A program made the position numbers and the translations under genes. The notes below the pieces were generated by a model that was not told the DNA's origin, searched no databases, and saw only the letters and a program-made list of their open reading frames with translations. This document shows positions 1 through 12,262 of a DNA stretch of 64,000 nt, in pieces. Origin of the DNA: Octopus vulgaris (Eukaryota). Within the stretch, counting starts at the first letter, position 1; each line of letters opens with the position of its first letter. The stretch spans positions 95,356,001 through 95,420,000 of the forward strand of contig OX597818.1 of assembly GCA_951406725.2 (NCBI GenBank), given 5' to 3'.

Positions 1-93
1 TAACCCAGTCCCAGAATCAAAATTACATTCTTACGATCATGACTTCAACACCCTAACCACTAAACCACACACTTCCATCCATAATCATAAGTT

Positions 94-159
<66 letters not shown>

Positions 160-178
160 CACACACACATACACACAC

Positions 179-500
179 ATCATCATCATCATCATCATCA
201 TTTAGCGTCCGTTCTCCATGCTAGCATGGGTTGGACGGTTCAACTGGGGTCTGTGAAGCTGGAAGGCTTCATCAGGCCCAGTCAGATCTGGCAGTGTTTC
301 TACGGCTGGATGCCCTTCCTAACGCCAACCACTCCGTGAGTGTAGTGGGTGCTTTACGTGCCACCCGCACAGGTGCCAGACAGAGCTGGCAAACGGCCAC
401 GAACGGATGGTGCTTTACGTGTCACTGGCACGGGGCCAGGCGAGGCTGGCAACGGACACGAACGGATGGTGCTTTTACGTGCCACCAACACGGGGGCCAG
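179..500 (-). repeat. Copy of the RTE-tail repeat family (ggaagggcatccagc / gtgccggtggcac)
   Basis: Reverse complement of about 40130-40445; (CAT)n end. Confidence 0.9.
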
Positions 501-612
501 ACATAAAATGTAAAAATGTTCTGCTCAAATATGTCCTTCAGTGCTTGAATGGATTTGAACTTAGAATCTATGCACTGGTAGATGAATATATTATCTACTC
601 AGTCTTTTCACT

Positions 613-649
<37 letters not shown>

Positions 650-878
650 CACTTTGATCACCTTGACCGACCAGTCCGTCGGGCATCCATTTGACACCGC
701 TGGTCACAGCACACTGTCCACTCCTCACTGGATCGCGCCTTTCTCATCCACATGATCCCAATCGTCCTCCTGAAATCATAACTCCACCATCGTGGAGGCC
801 TTCCCAGTGGTCGTTTCCACTCATGCAGGTACCACTCAACAACTGCGTGGGTCCACTGACAACTGCGCGGGTCCACCA
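650..878 (-). mobile_element. 3' fragment of an RTE-type LINE
   Basis: WTHAVVEWY..WKRPLGRPPRWW..DF....WMRKARSSEEW; lies between microsatellites. Confidence 0.75.
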
Positions 879-970
879 ATTATATATATATGTAATATGT
901 ATGTATATATGTATATATATATATATATATGTATATGTATGTATATGTATATATATATGTGTGTGTGTAT

Positions 971-1019
<49 letters not shown>

Positions 1020-1399
1020 GATGTAACCCAAATTTACTGCAATAAAGACAGATTGGTTCCTCTTGAATTCTTTGTAAACTCTTAAAAATATCTCCTGTGT
1101 ATATATATACTACCAAACAAACTTGATTTTTATTGAACTCCTTATACTTTTTGTTGAATATTTTCTTGTAAACTGTTTTTAACATTTTCTTATTATTATC
1201 AAAGAATGTATATATGTATTTTAATACTTTTGTGACAACTAGTACTTAACACAACAAAGCTCTACATTTTACTTTTGACAATCTTTTTCTAAAAAAGTGA
1301 AACCGGTCAAGTGAATAAACATCTTTAAAATTGCATTTTCAAACCTTCTTTCATATATATTTCCACTCGTGTGGTTCCTTACAACTTCACTTTGTTATA

Positions 1400-1803
1400 T
1401 ATCAATGGAATTTGTAGCTGTGATACCAGTGCCGGTGGCACGTAAGAGAACCATCTGAGCGTGGCCGTAGCCAGCGCCGCCCGACTGGCTTCTGTGCCGG
1501 TGGCACGTAAAAAGCACCATTCGACCATGGCCGTTGCCAGCTTCGTCTGGTCCCCGTGCTGATGGCATGTAAAAAGCACTATCCGATTGTGGCCGTCTGC
1601 CAGCCCCGTCTGGCACCTGTGCTGGTGGCACGTAAAAAGCATCCACTACACTCACGGAGTGGTTGGCATTAGGAAGGGCATCCAGCTGTAGAAACACTGC
1701 CAGATCAGACTGGGCCTGGTGCAGCCTTCTGGCTTCCCAGACCCCAGTTGAACCGTCCAACCCATACCAGCATGGAAAGCGGACGTTAAATGATGATGAT
1801 GAT
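1400..1803 (+). repeat. RTE-tail repeat copy with four gtgccggtggcac modules
   Basis: Colinear with 40065-40445. Further copies at ~6320-6760(+), 12270-12870(-), 14400-14650(-), 22920-23165(-), 27125-27625(+), 30600-30845(+), 43440-43782(+), 48665-48890(+), 51012-51200(-), 58620-58830(+) and 60195-60480(-). Confidence 0.9.
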
Positions 1804-2625
1804 ATATACAAACATATATGTAAATACATAGTGAAAATAATAGAAATGAAACTAATATATATACACATAGTGAAAGTATTAAAACTGAGAGTATTATCTC
1901 ACATTACAATAGAGATGTTATTGTTTCACTTTTGACACGTAATACTGAAATAGTGTAAGAGATAAGATATTGCTCTGGGCTAACATTAGGCCAGAAGTTC
2001 AAAATTTTTTGGGCCCATAACAGTGCATGGACCGTAAGTAAAGCATGTGTAAAATTTGAATAAAATCGGTTGGGTAGTTCTTGAATTTCAGTGATTCACA
2101 CACACACATGCATTCTCAGTTTTATATATATATGTATATCTTGAAGAGCATAAGGAATAAAAAAAGTAAATTATTTAGCTTATTTTTCTCAGTCTAATTA
2201 CCAGTAGTTTTACATGTTGCATTTTAGTAAGGCATGGTAAGTTTAACTTGGTAACATATGTAGTCAGGATTTGCCTTTTCTATTTCTTACACTCTTAAAT
2301 TCATATTCACCATAATTAGCAATTTTCATTGCTAAACTGTGAGTTGTATGGAGGCAGTTAAAGAAATTTTCATGTTTTAATATGGAATGAAGTGTATAAC
2401 CTACGATGGTTAATAAACTTTGTTGATCATTTATACTCTGCTTTTTGCCATCCATACAATCCATGTACATGCTTGATACTTACTAACATTCTATAGTAAT
2501 ATCTTTTCATATTATGCTACTCTATCACCACTCTCTTTCTTTCTCTCTCTCTCTCTCTCTCTCGCTCTCACACACACACACACATATCGACATATGCATA
2601 CATACATACACATATATATATACAT

Positions 2626-2843
2626 AATTATAAACAAGGGCAAAAGAAAAAAGATTTCCATGCCAATATGCTAAGAATAGACTTTAAATCGTCAATCACC
2701 ACATTACAATATACATTCACCATGAATACACGTTGTGCTGAAATCGAGGAAGGCAAGCTAACAGAATTGGTGATTGATGATTTAAAGTCTATTCTCAGCA
2801 TATTGGCATAGAAATCTTTTTTCTTTTGCCTTTGTTTATAATT
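2626..2843. repeat. Fold-back inverted repeat (~76-bp arms, ~66-bp spacer)
   Basis: 2626-2701 versus the reverse complement of 2768-2843 differs by 4 transitions. Confidence 0.92.
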
Positions 2844-2989
2844 GTTTATAATTTTCACCTTTAAAGGTATTTTAATATGCTGCCACTTTGATGAAATTTT
2901 TTTTGGAAAAAATTTTATCTTATATTAGAAGTATATATTAATATATTAATATATAATATATTAATATCATTTCAGCATAAAGCAACAGA

Positions 2990-3172
2990 ATGGAAAGAAA
3001 GATTAAAAGCAGTAGTATTCCATTAGCGAATTTTGACCCACAAATTGTGGTAAAACTTCACAAAAATGTGGAAACTGAGGCTGCGAACTGGTTTATTGAC
3101 AAACTGCAAATGGATCGGAAATTTGGTGGTGGAAATTTGATTGTAAAATCTGTTATCAATGAAAAGAAGGAG
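2990..3172 (+). CDS. ANO10: Anoctamin-10 (TMEM16K)-like, first coding exon
   Basis: MERKIK...FDPQIVVKLHKNVETEAANWFIDKLQMDRKFGGGNLIVKSVINEKKE resembles the ANO10 N-terminus (FxPxVV..W..K.GG.L) as recalled. Acceptor tttcag ends at 2975, an in-frame TAA (2978-2980) precedes the ATG, and donor GTAAGT starts at 3173; 61 codons, phase 0. Confidence 0.85.
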
Positions 3173-3363
3173 GTAAGTGAAAATACCACAACATTATTGC
3201 AGTGTCTTTTCTCCTTAATCAGCTATTTTCTCCTCTTATCTAAAAACGATATGTGTTGATATAAAGTTTACTTGGTAATCTTGTGGTTTTGTGTCCTATT
3301 TTACTGAGAGAAGCCTATTGTATATATATATGTATACAAATATATATACATATATATATATAT

Positions 3364-3402
<39 letters not shown>

Positions 3403-3468
3403 GGGAATATTATTCCAAACTTACAGAGAAAAATAAAATTTGGAAATACTAAATCAAATTTCACAAAG

Positions 3469-3500
<32 letters not shown>

Positions 3501-3509
<9 letters not shown>

Positions 3510-3792
3510 AAACCACACCTTTTATCAATTCAATAATGAAAAATTAAATTATACAATCTAGAAAATTACATATAGAAATATTAAATATAAGATAAAACAT
3601 ATAACGATGATTAAGTAATGTGCAAAATAATAAATAAACCAAATATATACGTTTTATTTATTATTTTGCACATTGCTTAATCATGGTTATATGTTTTATC
3701 TTATATTTAATATTTCTATAATATGTAATTTTCTAGATGGTATAATTTAATTTTTCATCATTGAATTGATAAAAGGTGGGTTTTTTTCTAAT
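3501..3792. repeat. Fold-back palindrome (~138-bp arms, ~14-bp loop) flanked by (TA)n
   Basis: attagaaaaaaacc...taaataaa / tttattta...ttttctaat are near-perfect reverse complements. Confidence 0.93.
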
Positions 3793-3930
3793 TTATATAT
3801 ATATAATGGGTAATAAAACAAATGGTTTACACCTGGTAGCTTACTGGTAAAGAATGGTCACATTCACAGTGATTGTTAGGTATATGGCAAATGAAAGATG
3901 GAAGATGGAATATATGAGAATTTATTATTG

Positions 3931-4036
3931 ATCACAACAATTGTTTCGACACATCTATCATCGATTCTTCATGGGTGGGACACTCAACAACTGGTTCAGA
4001 AGTATCCAGTGGTGCAGATGTGTCTCGTCAGGTGAT
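3931..4036 (-). ncRNA. Type I hammerhead-like motif in the left arm of the same fold-back
   Basis: Reverse complement reads atcac-CTGACGA-gacacatct...agatgtgtc-GAAA-caatt-GTT-gtgat; perfect stem I, GUU site. Confidence 0.6.
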
Positions 4037-4311
4037 AAATAAATACAACTCATTAAAATAACTGTTCCGCAATGTAACTTCCCATTTTGTAGAAAGAAAA
4101 GCAGCCAGATGGAGGAAAGATCAAAAATAAAATCACAGATGGCAAAAAGAGAAACAAACATGCAATCCAGCAAGAAAAGTATTTTCGTCATCTGTGATTT
4201 TATTTTTGATCTTCTATATAAATGAAGATATTTCCTCTGTCTGGTGCTATTTTTTCTACAAAATGAGAAGTTACATTACGGAACAGTTATTGTAACGAAT
4301 TGTATTTATTT

Positions 4312-4417
4312 ATCACCTGATGAGATACATCTGCACCACTGGATGCTCTTGAGCCAATTATTGAGTGTCCCACCCATGAGGAATCGATGATAGATGTGTC
4401 GAAACAATTGTCGCGAT
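4312..4417 (+). ncRNA. Type I hammerhead-ribozyme-like motif in the right arm of a fold-back
   Basis: atcac-CTGATGA-gatacatct...agatgtgtc-GAAA-caatt-GTC-gcgat: intact core, long stem II, palindromic stem III (acaattgt) and GUC site; one mismatch in stem I. Confidence 0.65.
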
Positions 4418-4807
4418 TAATGATAAATTCTCATATATTCCATCTTCTGTCTTTCATTTGCCATATATTTCAAGAGTGTCTGTGTGGTAAGTAGCTTGCT
4501 TATCAACCACATAGTTCCGGGTTCAGTCCCACTGCATGGCACCTTGGGCAAGTGTCTTCTACTATAGCCTCAGGCCAACCAAAGCCTTGTGAATGAATTT
4601 GGTAGATGGAAACTGAAAGAAGCCCGTCATATATGTGTGTTCCTCTCCTCCAACTAATGCGAACCATCAAAATTGTTGATGGCCCATCTGGTGTATGAGG
4701 GAATTTTACACTGCTGCCCTCAACTATGTCACGTTGAGCCATTGGTTTGTTTGGTATTGGGAATAGGAGAGTGTCCAGTTTCTTTTTCAAGACGTCCATA
4801 TGTATAT

Positions 4808-4919
4808 ACATTATTTACATTTGACGGATATTTGTCCTCATCTTCTTTGTTGCTAACACAACGTTTCAGCTGATATACCCTCCAGCCTTCAACAGGTGTC
4901 TTGGGGAAATTTCGAACCT
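4808..4919 (-). repeat. Short dispersed repeat with a decayed minimal hammerhead (copy 1)
   Basis: Nearly identical to 33962-34073. The reverse complement contains acac-ctgttga-aggctg...cagct-gaaac-gtt-gtgt. Confidence 0.6.
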
Positions 4920-5249
4920 CATCAGCTTGGACTTCTTAATTTATCTATGTATTTATGCAATTATCCGACTTTGATTTGGGCACCAAGTTGCACCATTATA
5001 TGTGTATATATGTTTTTTTATGTTATGTGTCCGCATGCTTATAATGGCTTATTTATGCCCTCTGTGTTTGATTTGTGTTGGTTTTGATGAGGAGTATTAT
5101 TGACCTTGGAACTTGTCGATTTCAAATTAATACTTTAATTTAATTACTCAATAAATTGAGTCCTATGCTGTTGTTTCTTGAAAAGAGTTTACCTCTATAA
5201 TTTTTCGTTATCTATACACGCACACATATTTATATTTATATATATATAT

Positions 5250-5570
5250 CTCTCTCTATATAAACGGCAGTTTGTCTGTGTGTGTTTCTGTGTGTCTGTT
5301 AGGTTGTACCCTCACCCTGACCACGGCTTTCAACCGATTCTGATGAAACTTGACACACACATAGCCCAATGTCATAATTCAAAACTAACGCAGCGAAAAT
5401 TTTGAAAAGTTCCCCCAGTTCTGAAAAAATCGATAAATTCGACATGGGGTCGAGAATCAGAAACACAAACCACAGACTGTCTAGGGGACGCAACTCGACC
5501 TTTTAACTAAAAAAAAAATTACCATCATTTGTTTTCCATTTTTTGGCTATAACTCTTATATAGTTATTTC
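5250..5570 (+). mobile_element. Helitron/Helentron-associated (DINE-1-like) fragment; a similar element on - at ~1930-2130
   Basis: tctatata..gtttgtctgt(gt)n..caaccgattctgatgaaacttg core typical of these elements. Confidence 0.5.
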
Positions 5571-6769
5571 TTATATTTATATATATATAATATATTTACT
5601 TATACATTTGTACATATATGTAAATACATATACATCTATATGCATATATATATACTAACATATGCACATATTTATGCATGTATATGTGTATGTGTGTGTA
5701 TATATATATATACATATATGCATAATATATATATATATACATACATACATACATATATACATATATATGTGTGTGTGTGTGTGTGTACTATTAAATATGT
5801 TTTATATCCTTGACAAATGTTGGATATATATGATTTAACAAAGTGGAAGTAAAATTAATGTGTTTCTATGACGTACTTTGTGAGACTCCAAAACGCCCTC
5901 TCAACAACTTCTACTGACCCTCATCTCAACCAATGCACTACTCTTTATAAGAGTTTGAATTGTCCATTCTTCCAATCCCCCAGGGGTGTCAATGACTCTC
6001 ACCACAACAATATGCAAGGTCAGACGTCTGTGTCTCCTTTATTCTCATACACAAATTGTGCTCTAAACTAATAGTTAAGGAGAAATAAAACACTGCTTCC
6101 ATTTTATAATTTGATACTTTTTCTCTCCTCTGTGCATATGTATATGAATGAATGTGTTGTAACTGTGTGGGGTTGTGGATATGTAACTTTATATCTGTCA
6201 TGTATGTGTGTAGTTATTCACATATGATGTGCATGTCTGTGTGTATGAGGGAGAGAGAGGGGGTAGAAGTATGTATCTGTGCATATCTAAGAGTACATAA
6301 GTTTTTATGCAATTAAGTGAGGCAAGTGAAATTGAAATCAAATTTGATGACTGGCATCCATGCTAGTGGAGCACTAAGAGCACCATCCGAGCATAATCGT
6401 TGCCAGAGCAGCTAACTGGTATCCGTGCCAGTGGCACGTAAAAAGCACCATTTGAGCGTGATCGTTACCAGCATCGCCTTACTGGCACTTGTGCCGGTGT
6501 GCAGGTGGCACGTAAAAAAAAACACCATTTGGGTGTGGCCGTTGCCAGTACTGCCTGACTAGCCCTCGTGCTGGTGGCACGTAAAAGCACTCACTACACT
6601 CTCGGAGTGGTTGGCATTAGGAAGGGCATCCAGCTGTAGAAAGTCTGCCAGATCAAGATTGGAGCCTGATGCAGCCATCTAGTTCGCCAGTCCTCAGTCA
6701 AATCGTCCAACCCATGCTAGCATGGAAAGCAGACATTAAACGATGATCATCATCATCATTGATGAGTAC

Positions 6770-7700
6770 ATGAGAGATAAAACTTGCCTTGTACAGAAAC
6801 TAGTCACAGCATTTTATCAAATACCTAGGAGAATCCTCAAAGGAAGTAGTAGATAGCTTCTGTTACCTAAATTACCTAATGAGTAGTGGATAAAAATGTT
6901 GTGAAAATATAGTTGCTAGAATATGAACAAACTGAAGGGAAATTTCAGAGAGTTATTACCTCTGTTGGTACCAAATAGCCTATCTCGCAGAGTGACAGGC
7001 AGATTGTATGATGCTTGTGTATGGACAGCAATGCTACATGGTGATGAAACATGGACTATGAATGCAGAGGACATGTGAAAACTATAAAGAAATGAAGCTA
7101 GCATGTTTCACTGGATGTACAATGCCAGTGTGCATATACAACAAAGTGCAAATGTGGTGAGAGAAAAATTGGGTATAAGAGACATTAATTGTAATGTATG
7201 AGAAAGAAGACTACACTAGTTTGGTCATGTGATGTTTATGGGTGAGGACAGATGCATTAAAAAATATTTATCGCTAGATGTTGATGGAGTGGAGGTGCAT
7301 GGCTTAGTGGTTAGGGTGTTGAACTCATGATTGTAAGGTTGTTGTTTCAATTCCTGGACTGGGCGATGCATTGTGTTCTTGGGTAAAACACTTCATTTTC
7401 ACATTGCTCCAGTCCACTCAGCTGGCAAAAATGAGTAATCCTGCGACGGACTGGTGTCCCATCCAGGTGGGGAATTTCTATGCCACTGAAACCAGGAAAC
7501 TAGCCCTTATGAGCCTGGCATGGCTCGAGAAGGAACATTTAAGATGTTGATGGAACTTGTGGAAGGAGAGTCAGGTAGACATGTGACAAAGTAATGAAGA
7601 TCAACCTTGGGTTGATGAGCTTTGTGGAGGAGATAACAAAAGATCAAGCTGATTGGTAATTTGTCATGCTCAAGAAGACTCATGCATTTCAGCAAAAATG
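6770..7700 (+). mobile_element. Decayed 3' RT fragment related to the 36896-40448 RTE, interrupted by a SINE
   Basis: Nucleotide similarity to 39150-39720 (ggcagattgtatgatgcttgtgta, atgctacatgg, agaaatgaagctagcatg). Confidence 0.85.
7289..7541 (+). mobile_element. tRNA-derived SINE family B with a 13-bp TSD
   Basis: tggcttagtggtta A box and gtttcaattcc B box; TSD agatgttgatgga at 7276-7288 and 7542-7554. Other copies at ~1-77(-), 14995-15125, 23990-24152(-), 28010-28310(-), 32750-32995(-), 48350-48430 and 54795-54930. Confidence 0.88.
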
Positions 7701-10648
7701 CAATCCTAGAAGCACATCATTAATATCTATACACCACACTCTATCTGAACCTATCAAACTTTCCACACAACTCATCTTCATAACTCCCAACCTTCCTTTG
7801 CCTTTCTATTGTACTATTTCCTCAGATGCTATAAAAATATAAGAGCAAAACTGCATATATTCCTTCCCCACTTTTCTGCTACCAGTGAACTGTGTCTTTG
7901 GAACTGCTTCCCTTGTCACCTATTCTGCACTCTCAACATCATTCCTTACCACTTTATTTTCTGTTGCATGCTCATTTCTCCTAAACATCCTCTCATATCT
8001 GCCATCAACACCCCACCCACCTTTTTTCCAGCTAACTATATCCATCTCTAAGTGCCTATGATCTCCATCTTTGCTACTTTGCATCTTCTCTCTCTCCTAT
8101 ATTTTACATTACATCATCCTCCTATTCTTATCTGTCCACAGTTTTATTATGCTTTGCCACTATCATCAACCCCTACTATGTGACTCACTTATCTTTCACC
8201 AAACTAAGATTTGCTATTTATTATGCCTCCATGTTCACCATTCACTTCTTCACTGCATTCACTTTTATCTCCATCTATCACCCTCCTTGCATATATTCAA
8301 GAACCTACCAACCAGCCAGACTTGATTCTGTCCCTATTCTCTCTTTATCCACCTTCATGTAGCTTGAAGTATGCCCTGATACTTTATCTTCACCGTCTTT
8401 TCTTCTTTCCCGGCTGGAGTAACAATGTATCTCCTCTACAGCAAATATGTCCTTCTACCATGCTCTCAACTCTTGTTACAAACCCACCTCTCTCATTACT
8501 GTGGCACATCAAGATGTCTTGTCTTGCAAATTACTTAGTGACTTCATTCATGGCAATGTCACAAAAAAATAATAACTCAGTTCTCTCTGTAAAGTGGTTG
8601 GCAGTGGACAAGCAAAAGAAGGTTGCACTCAACACATTTGGTGGCAGTTGAATATATTTTTAAAAACAGTTTGACTTACCTCTGTATGACTTAAAGCTTC
8701 ATGGGCACATAGGATGCAACCGTCTCATTAGATATTAGACCCAAGTATTCACTTATTTTATCGACCTCAAAGGAATGTAAGGCAAAACCAGCCTCAGTAG
8801 AATTTGAACTCAGAATGTAAAGATGAATAAAATGCCACTAAGCATTTTCCCTGGTGTGCTAACGACTCTGTCAGTAGCATCACACTACATTCTCATTAAC
8901 TTGGTAAATAGATGGTTTTCACAAAGGTCACTAGTATCCTTAACACTATTAATGTGGAAATCAGTCATACTCACTCAAAATTTTATTACTGCAAACAGTA
9001 CAAAGCAGTTTTATATACCAGTTTATCTTTTGTTGAGATATTTCCCATTAGAACTATCTTTTGTGAGTTATGTCTCATGTTTATTATGAGGTGATAGGAC
9101 TTGCAGAAAATAGCAATTCTATTTTTTGATGGATAACTAACATCATTAGGGGGAATGACCTTGGAATTTAATCATACAATCAATGAGTTAAACCTAACAG
9201 TATATTTGACTAGATCCTTATTAACTTGGTTAATGAATGTTTAATACAATGTTCAGCAGTATAATTAAATGTAACATCATATCTGCCTAAAACCAACAAC
9301 TTGATTAATGAATGTTTGTCACAATGGTCAGCAGTATCATTAAATCTAACAATGTATTTGAGTAGATCCTCCTTAACTTGATTCATGAATGTCTTTTTCA
9401 CAATACTTCTCCAACATGATACAGTTCTGTGAACTCAATTTTTGTGATTCAGCAGAGTAGCCAGTGGTACATTTGGTCTTCTCAAAATGTCCCATAAATA
9501 TTAATTTTTCTATTGTAAAATATTATCAACTGAAAGTCTGTATTCCTTCATCAATAATCCATTCATTATTTTATTCTTAAAGGTCATCAAGCTGGCAGAA
9601 TCATTATCATGCCAGACAGAATTCTTAGTGGCATTTCTTCCGGTTTTACACTCTGAGTTCAAATTCTACCATTGTCGACTTTGCCCCTCATCCTTTCTGA
9701 AGACGATAAAATAAGCACCACAGTTGAGCATTGAGGCCAGTGTAACTGACTAATATCCTCCCTCAAAATTTCAGGAATTATGATTATAGTGAAAACAGTT
9801 ATTTTACTCTTGAGAAGTACTTGTGAAACAATGGGAGTACAGCAGACAGATGTGCCTGTTAGAAATCTGTATTTATTCTTTCAAGAAAATTAATTCCAAT
9901 TACAAAACATAAAAAAGAGTAAATGTCAAACATTTATTTTTTCAGTTAATGTTTCTGTTATTGTCCATTCCCTACAACTATCAGAACTGTTTCATAACAA
10001 CCCTTATAGAGTAAAATTTTAATTCTTTCTCTGATGGAATGATCTCAAATAAATTAGAATTTGCATGCTGCCAGCCATGTGCATCTTCCTCTTGCTCCTC
10101 CTCCTCCTCCTCATCATCATCATCATCATCATCTACATCGTCATCATCAACATCATCATAGTCATAATCATATCACATCCACTTTCCATGCTGGCATTGG
10201 ATGGACAGGTTGACACAGTGTGGTGGTCATATGTACCCATTTGGCTCGGCTTCCATGGCTGGATGTTCTTATCACCTGCTGTTTTACAGAATTTACTGGC
10301 TGCATTTTTTTAGTGACACATGTGTGGCAAGACTATACTTTCTCCTTTCATTTGCCAATCACTCTAGAAGAGTGTGCCATATTATAGCCAAAGAAGCAAA
10401 ATCAGCAACAATGGGGAGTTGAGCTCTTAAAATGCCATATATGATAGTGGGGTTTACAATGCCAATAAACATTATTTTTCTTGTTCATTAATTTTTAGAT
10501 CCACTTCTATAAATGTAATTTCAAAACTTAACAGTTGTATTTGAAGTACCATGGAGTTATTTAAAATTGATGCACGTGTATACAAACATAGCATACACTT
10601 ACACTCATACATACACATAAACATTCAAAATTCTGTGCAGTACAGTCT

Positions 10649-10715
<67 letters not shown>

Positions 10716-11730
10716 CTATCTCTTTCTCTCCCTCTCCATACACACATAAGCCCATTTTAGTGAACTACATACTACAAATTTTCTCTAGCTCACCGCTCTC
10801 CCTCTCCTTTGCTGACTCTTTCTCTTTCTCACTACATGCACATAGTCATACACACACACACAACATATATACACACTGTACTGCACAACTTTATATCTAA
10901 ATGCTGACACAACACAGTAAGATGAGAAATCAAAATAACTAAGCAACTTTTGCAAATGAATAAGAAAAACAAATCATTTGATCCTGGAGTGGTTAGATTT
11001 GTATCTACGTTCATACATTCTTGACATATTAGAGGTAATGTAATAATTTAGCTGACAAGTGACATCATAACTTAGGTGTAATTATTATATCAAGACACCA
11101 TAGACAATGTTTAAACAATTATTCAGTTGACTGGCCTGGGAGCCTGGGAGTTACACACAGTATAGAGTGAGGCATTGTTATTTTTAACTGGAAAATTTGA
11201 AAATGATAGTTTGAGTTGAAAGTTTGACCTTCTTTGACTGTATGTCATTGAACTGTCCTTTGTAAGTTTATACTTCAGTTTTACTTATACATACAACGGT
11301 CTATAGATGTCCTCTATCTCTTGTATTTTTTTAACCATATTAGTGTCCAGAAGGCATCTGATTTCCACAACAGAACATATCTTTTCCTTGTGGTCTTACA
11401 CAACAATATCTGGCTGGTTGTGTTTTATCTTGGAGGCTGTTTTAATTTTTAAGTTGTACATGTGTATATATGTGTGTGTGTGTGTGTGTTCTTGTTGTGA
11501 CTTCATGTGATGATTGTAAATAAACATCACAGTCATGCGAGCAATATCCTTCATTTCCAGTCTTCCTTGTAAACTGGTCAGGCCATAGCCATACCCTTGA
11601 GAAAATATTGCCTTGTTAAGAAACAAATCAGGGTTGGCAACCTGAAAGGTTGTGGAAAAATCTGCCTCAACAAATTTCATCTGAATGTTAAATGATGAAG
11701 ATGATGTTCTTTCATACACACACACACATA

Positions 11731-12262
11731 TACAGAGTCCCAATAGTCACTGATGGGTTTCAATTTTTAATAACTCCCTTAACTTTACAAATAAATGCAT
11801 GAAATTTTGATACAATATAAAAGACATAATGGAAATTAATATACACAAGACAAATTTTGCAACACCACTACATTACATATGAAAAATGATATCGCTTAAA
11901 TGGCAGCCATTTTCAGCTTCACACATCCATACCCTTTCCAAGACTTGCGCCTTAACACCCTCAAGAGTTTCAGACCCCACTTCTCTGATTTCTCTATTGA
12001 TCTTCTCCTTCAGTTGCACCAGGGTCTCTGGTTTGTTGACGTAAACCTTCTTTGACAGGTATTCCCACAAGAAGAAGTTTGGGCTAGTCAAGTCTGGGGA
12101 ACATGATAGCCAGTTGATATTGCCATAGCAGAAGATTATTCTCTCTCCAAAGCACTGCTGTAGCAACTGCATTGTTTCTCTTGCGTTACGAGCAGTTGCC
12201 CCATCTTGCTGGCACCATGCATGAAGTCTACTTTGAATGGCCTTGAATGACTTCAAAAAACA
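11731..12262 (-). mobile_element. Tc1/mariner-superfamily (maT/rosa-like) transposase C-terminal relic
   Basis: WCQQDGATA...FGERII..NW..SPDLTSPNFFLWEYL..KVY..KP.TL..LK...NGCHLSDIIF; TIR-like end reading ...ttgggactctgTA on the minus strand. Confidence 0.85.

Larger units (their letters stand above)
3881..4467. repeat. Fold-back palindrome (~265-bp arms) with hammerhead motifs
   Basis: tatatggcaaatgaaaga... / ...tctttcatttgccatata pair along their whole length, with scattered substitutions and one indel. Confidence 0.93.

Noticed and set aside
1425-1650. CRISPR array (palindromic repeat plus spacers)
   Set aside because: The linkers are homologous to each other, the arrays are part of a dispersed eukaryotic retroposon, and there are no cas genes.
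3173-3259. Continuation of the 89-aa ORF past EKKE
   Set aside because: Intronic read-through after a consensus GTAAGT donor; ANO10 similarity resumes at 55555.
7289-7365. tRNA genes at SINE heads
   Set aside because: A and B boxes are present, but there is no convincing cloverleaf and the heads are followed by SINE body and TSD.
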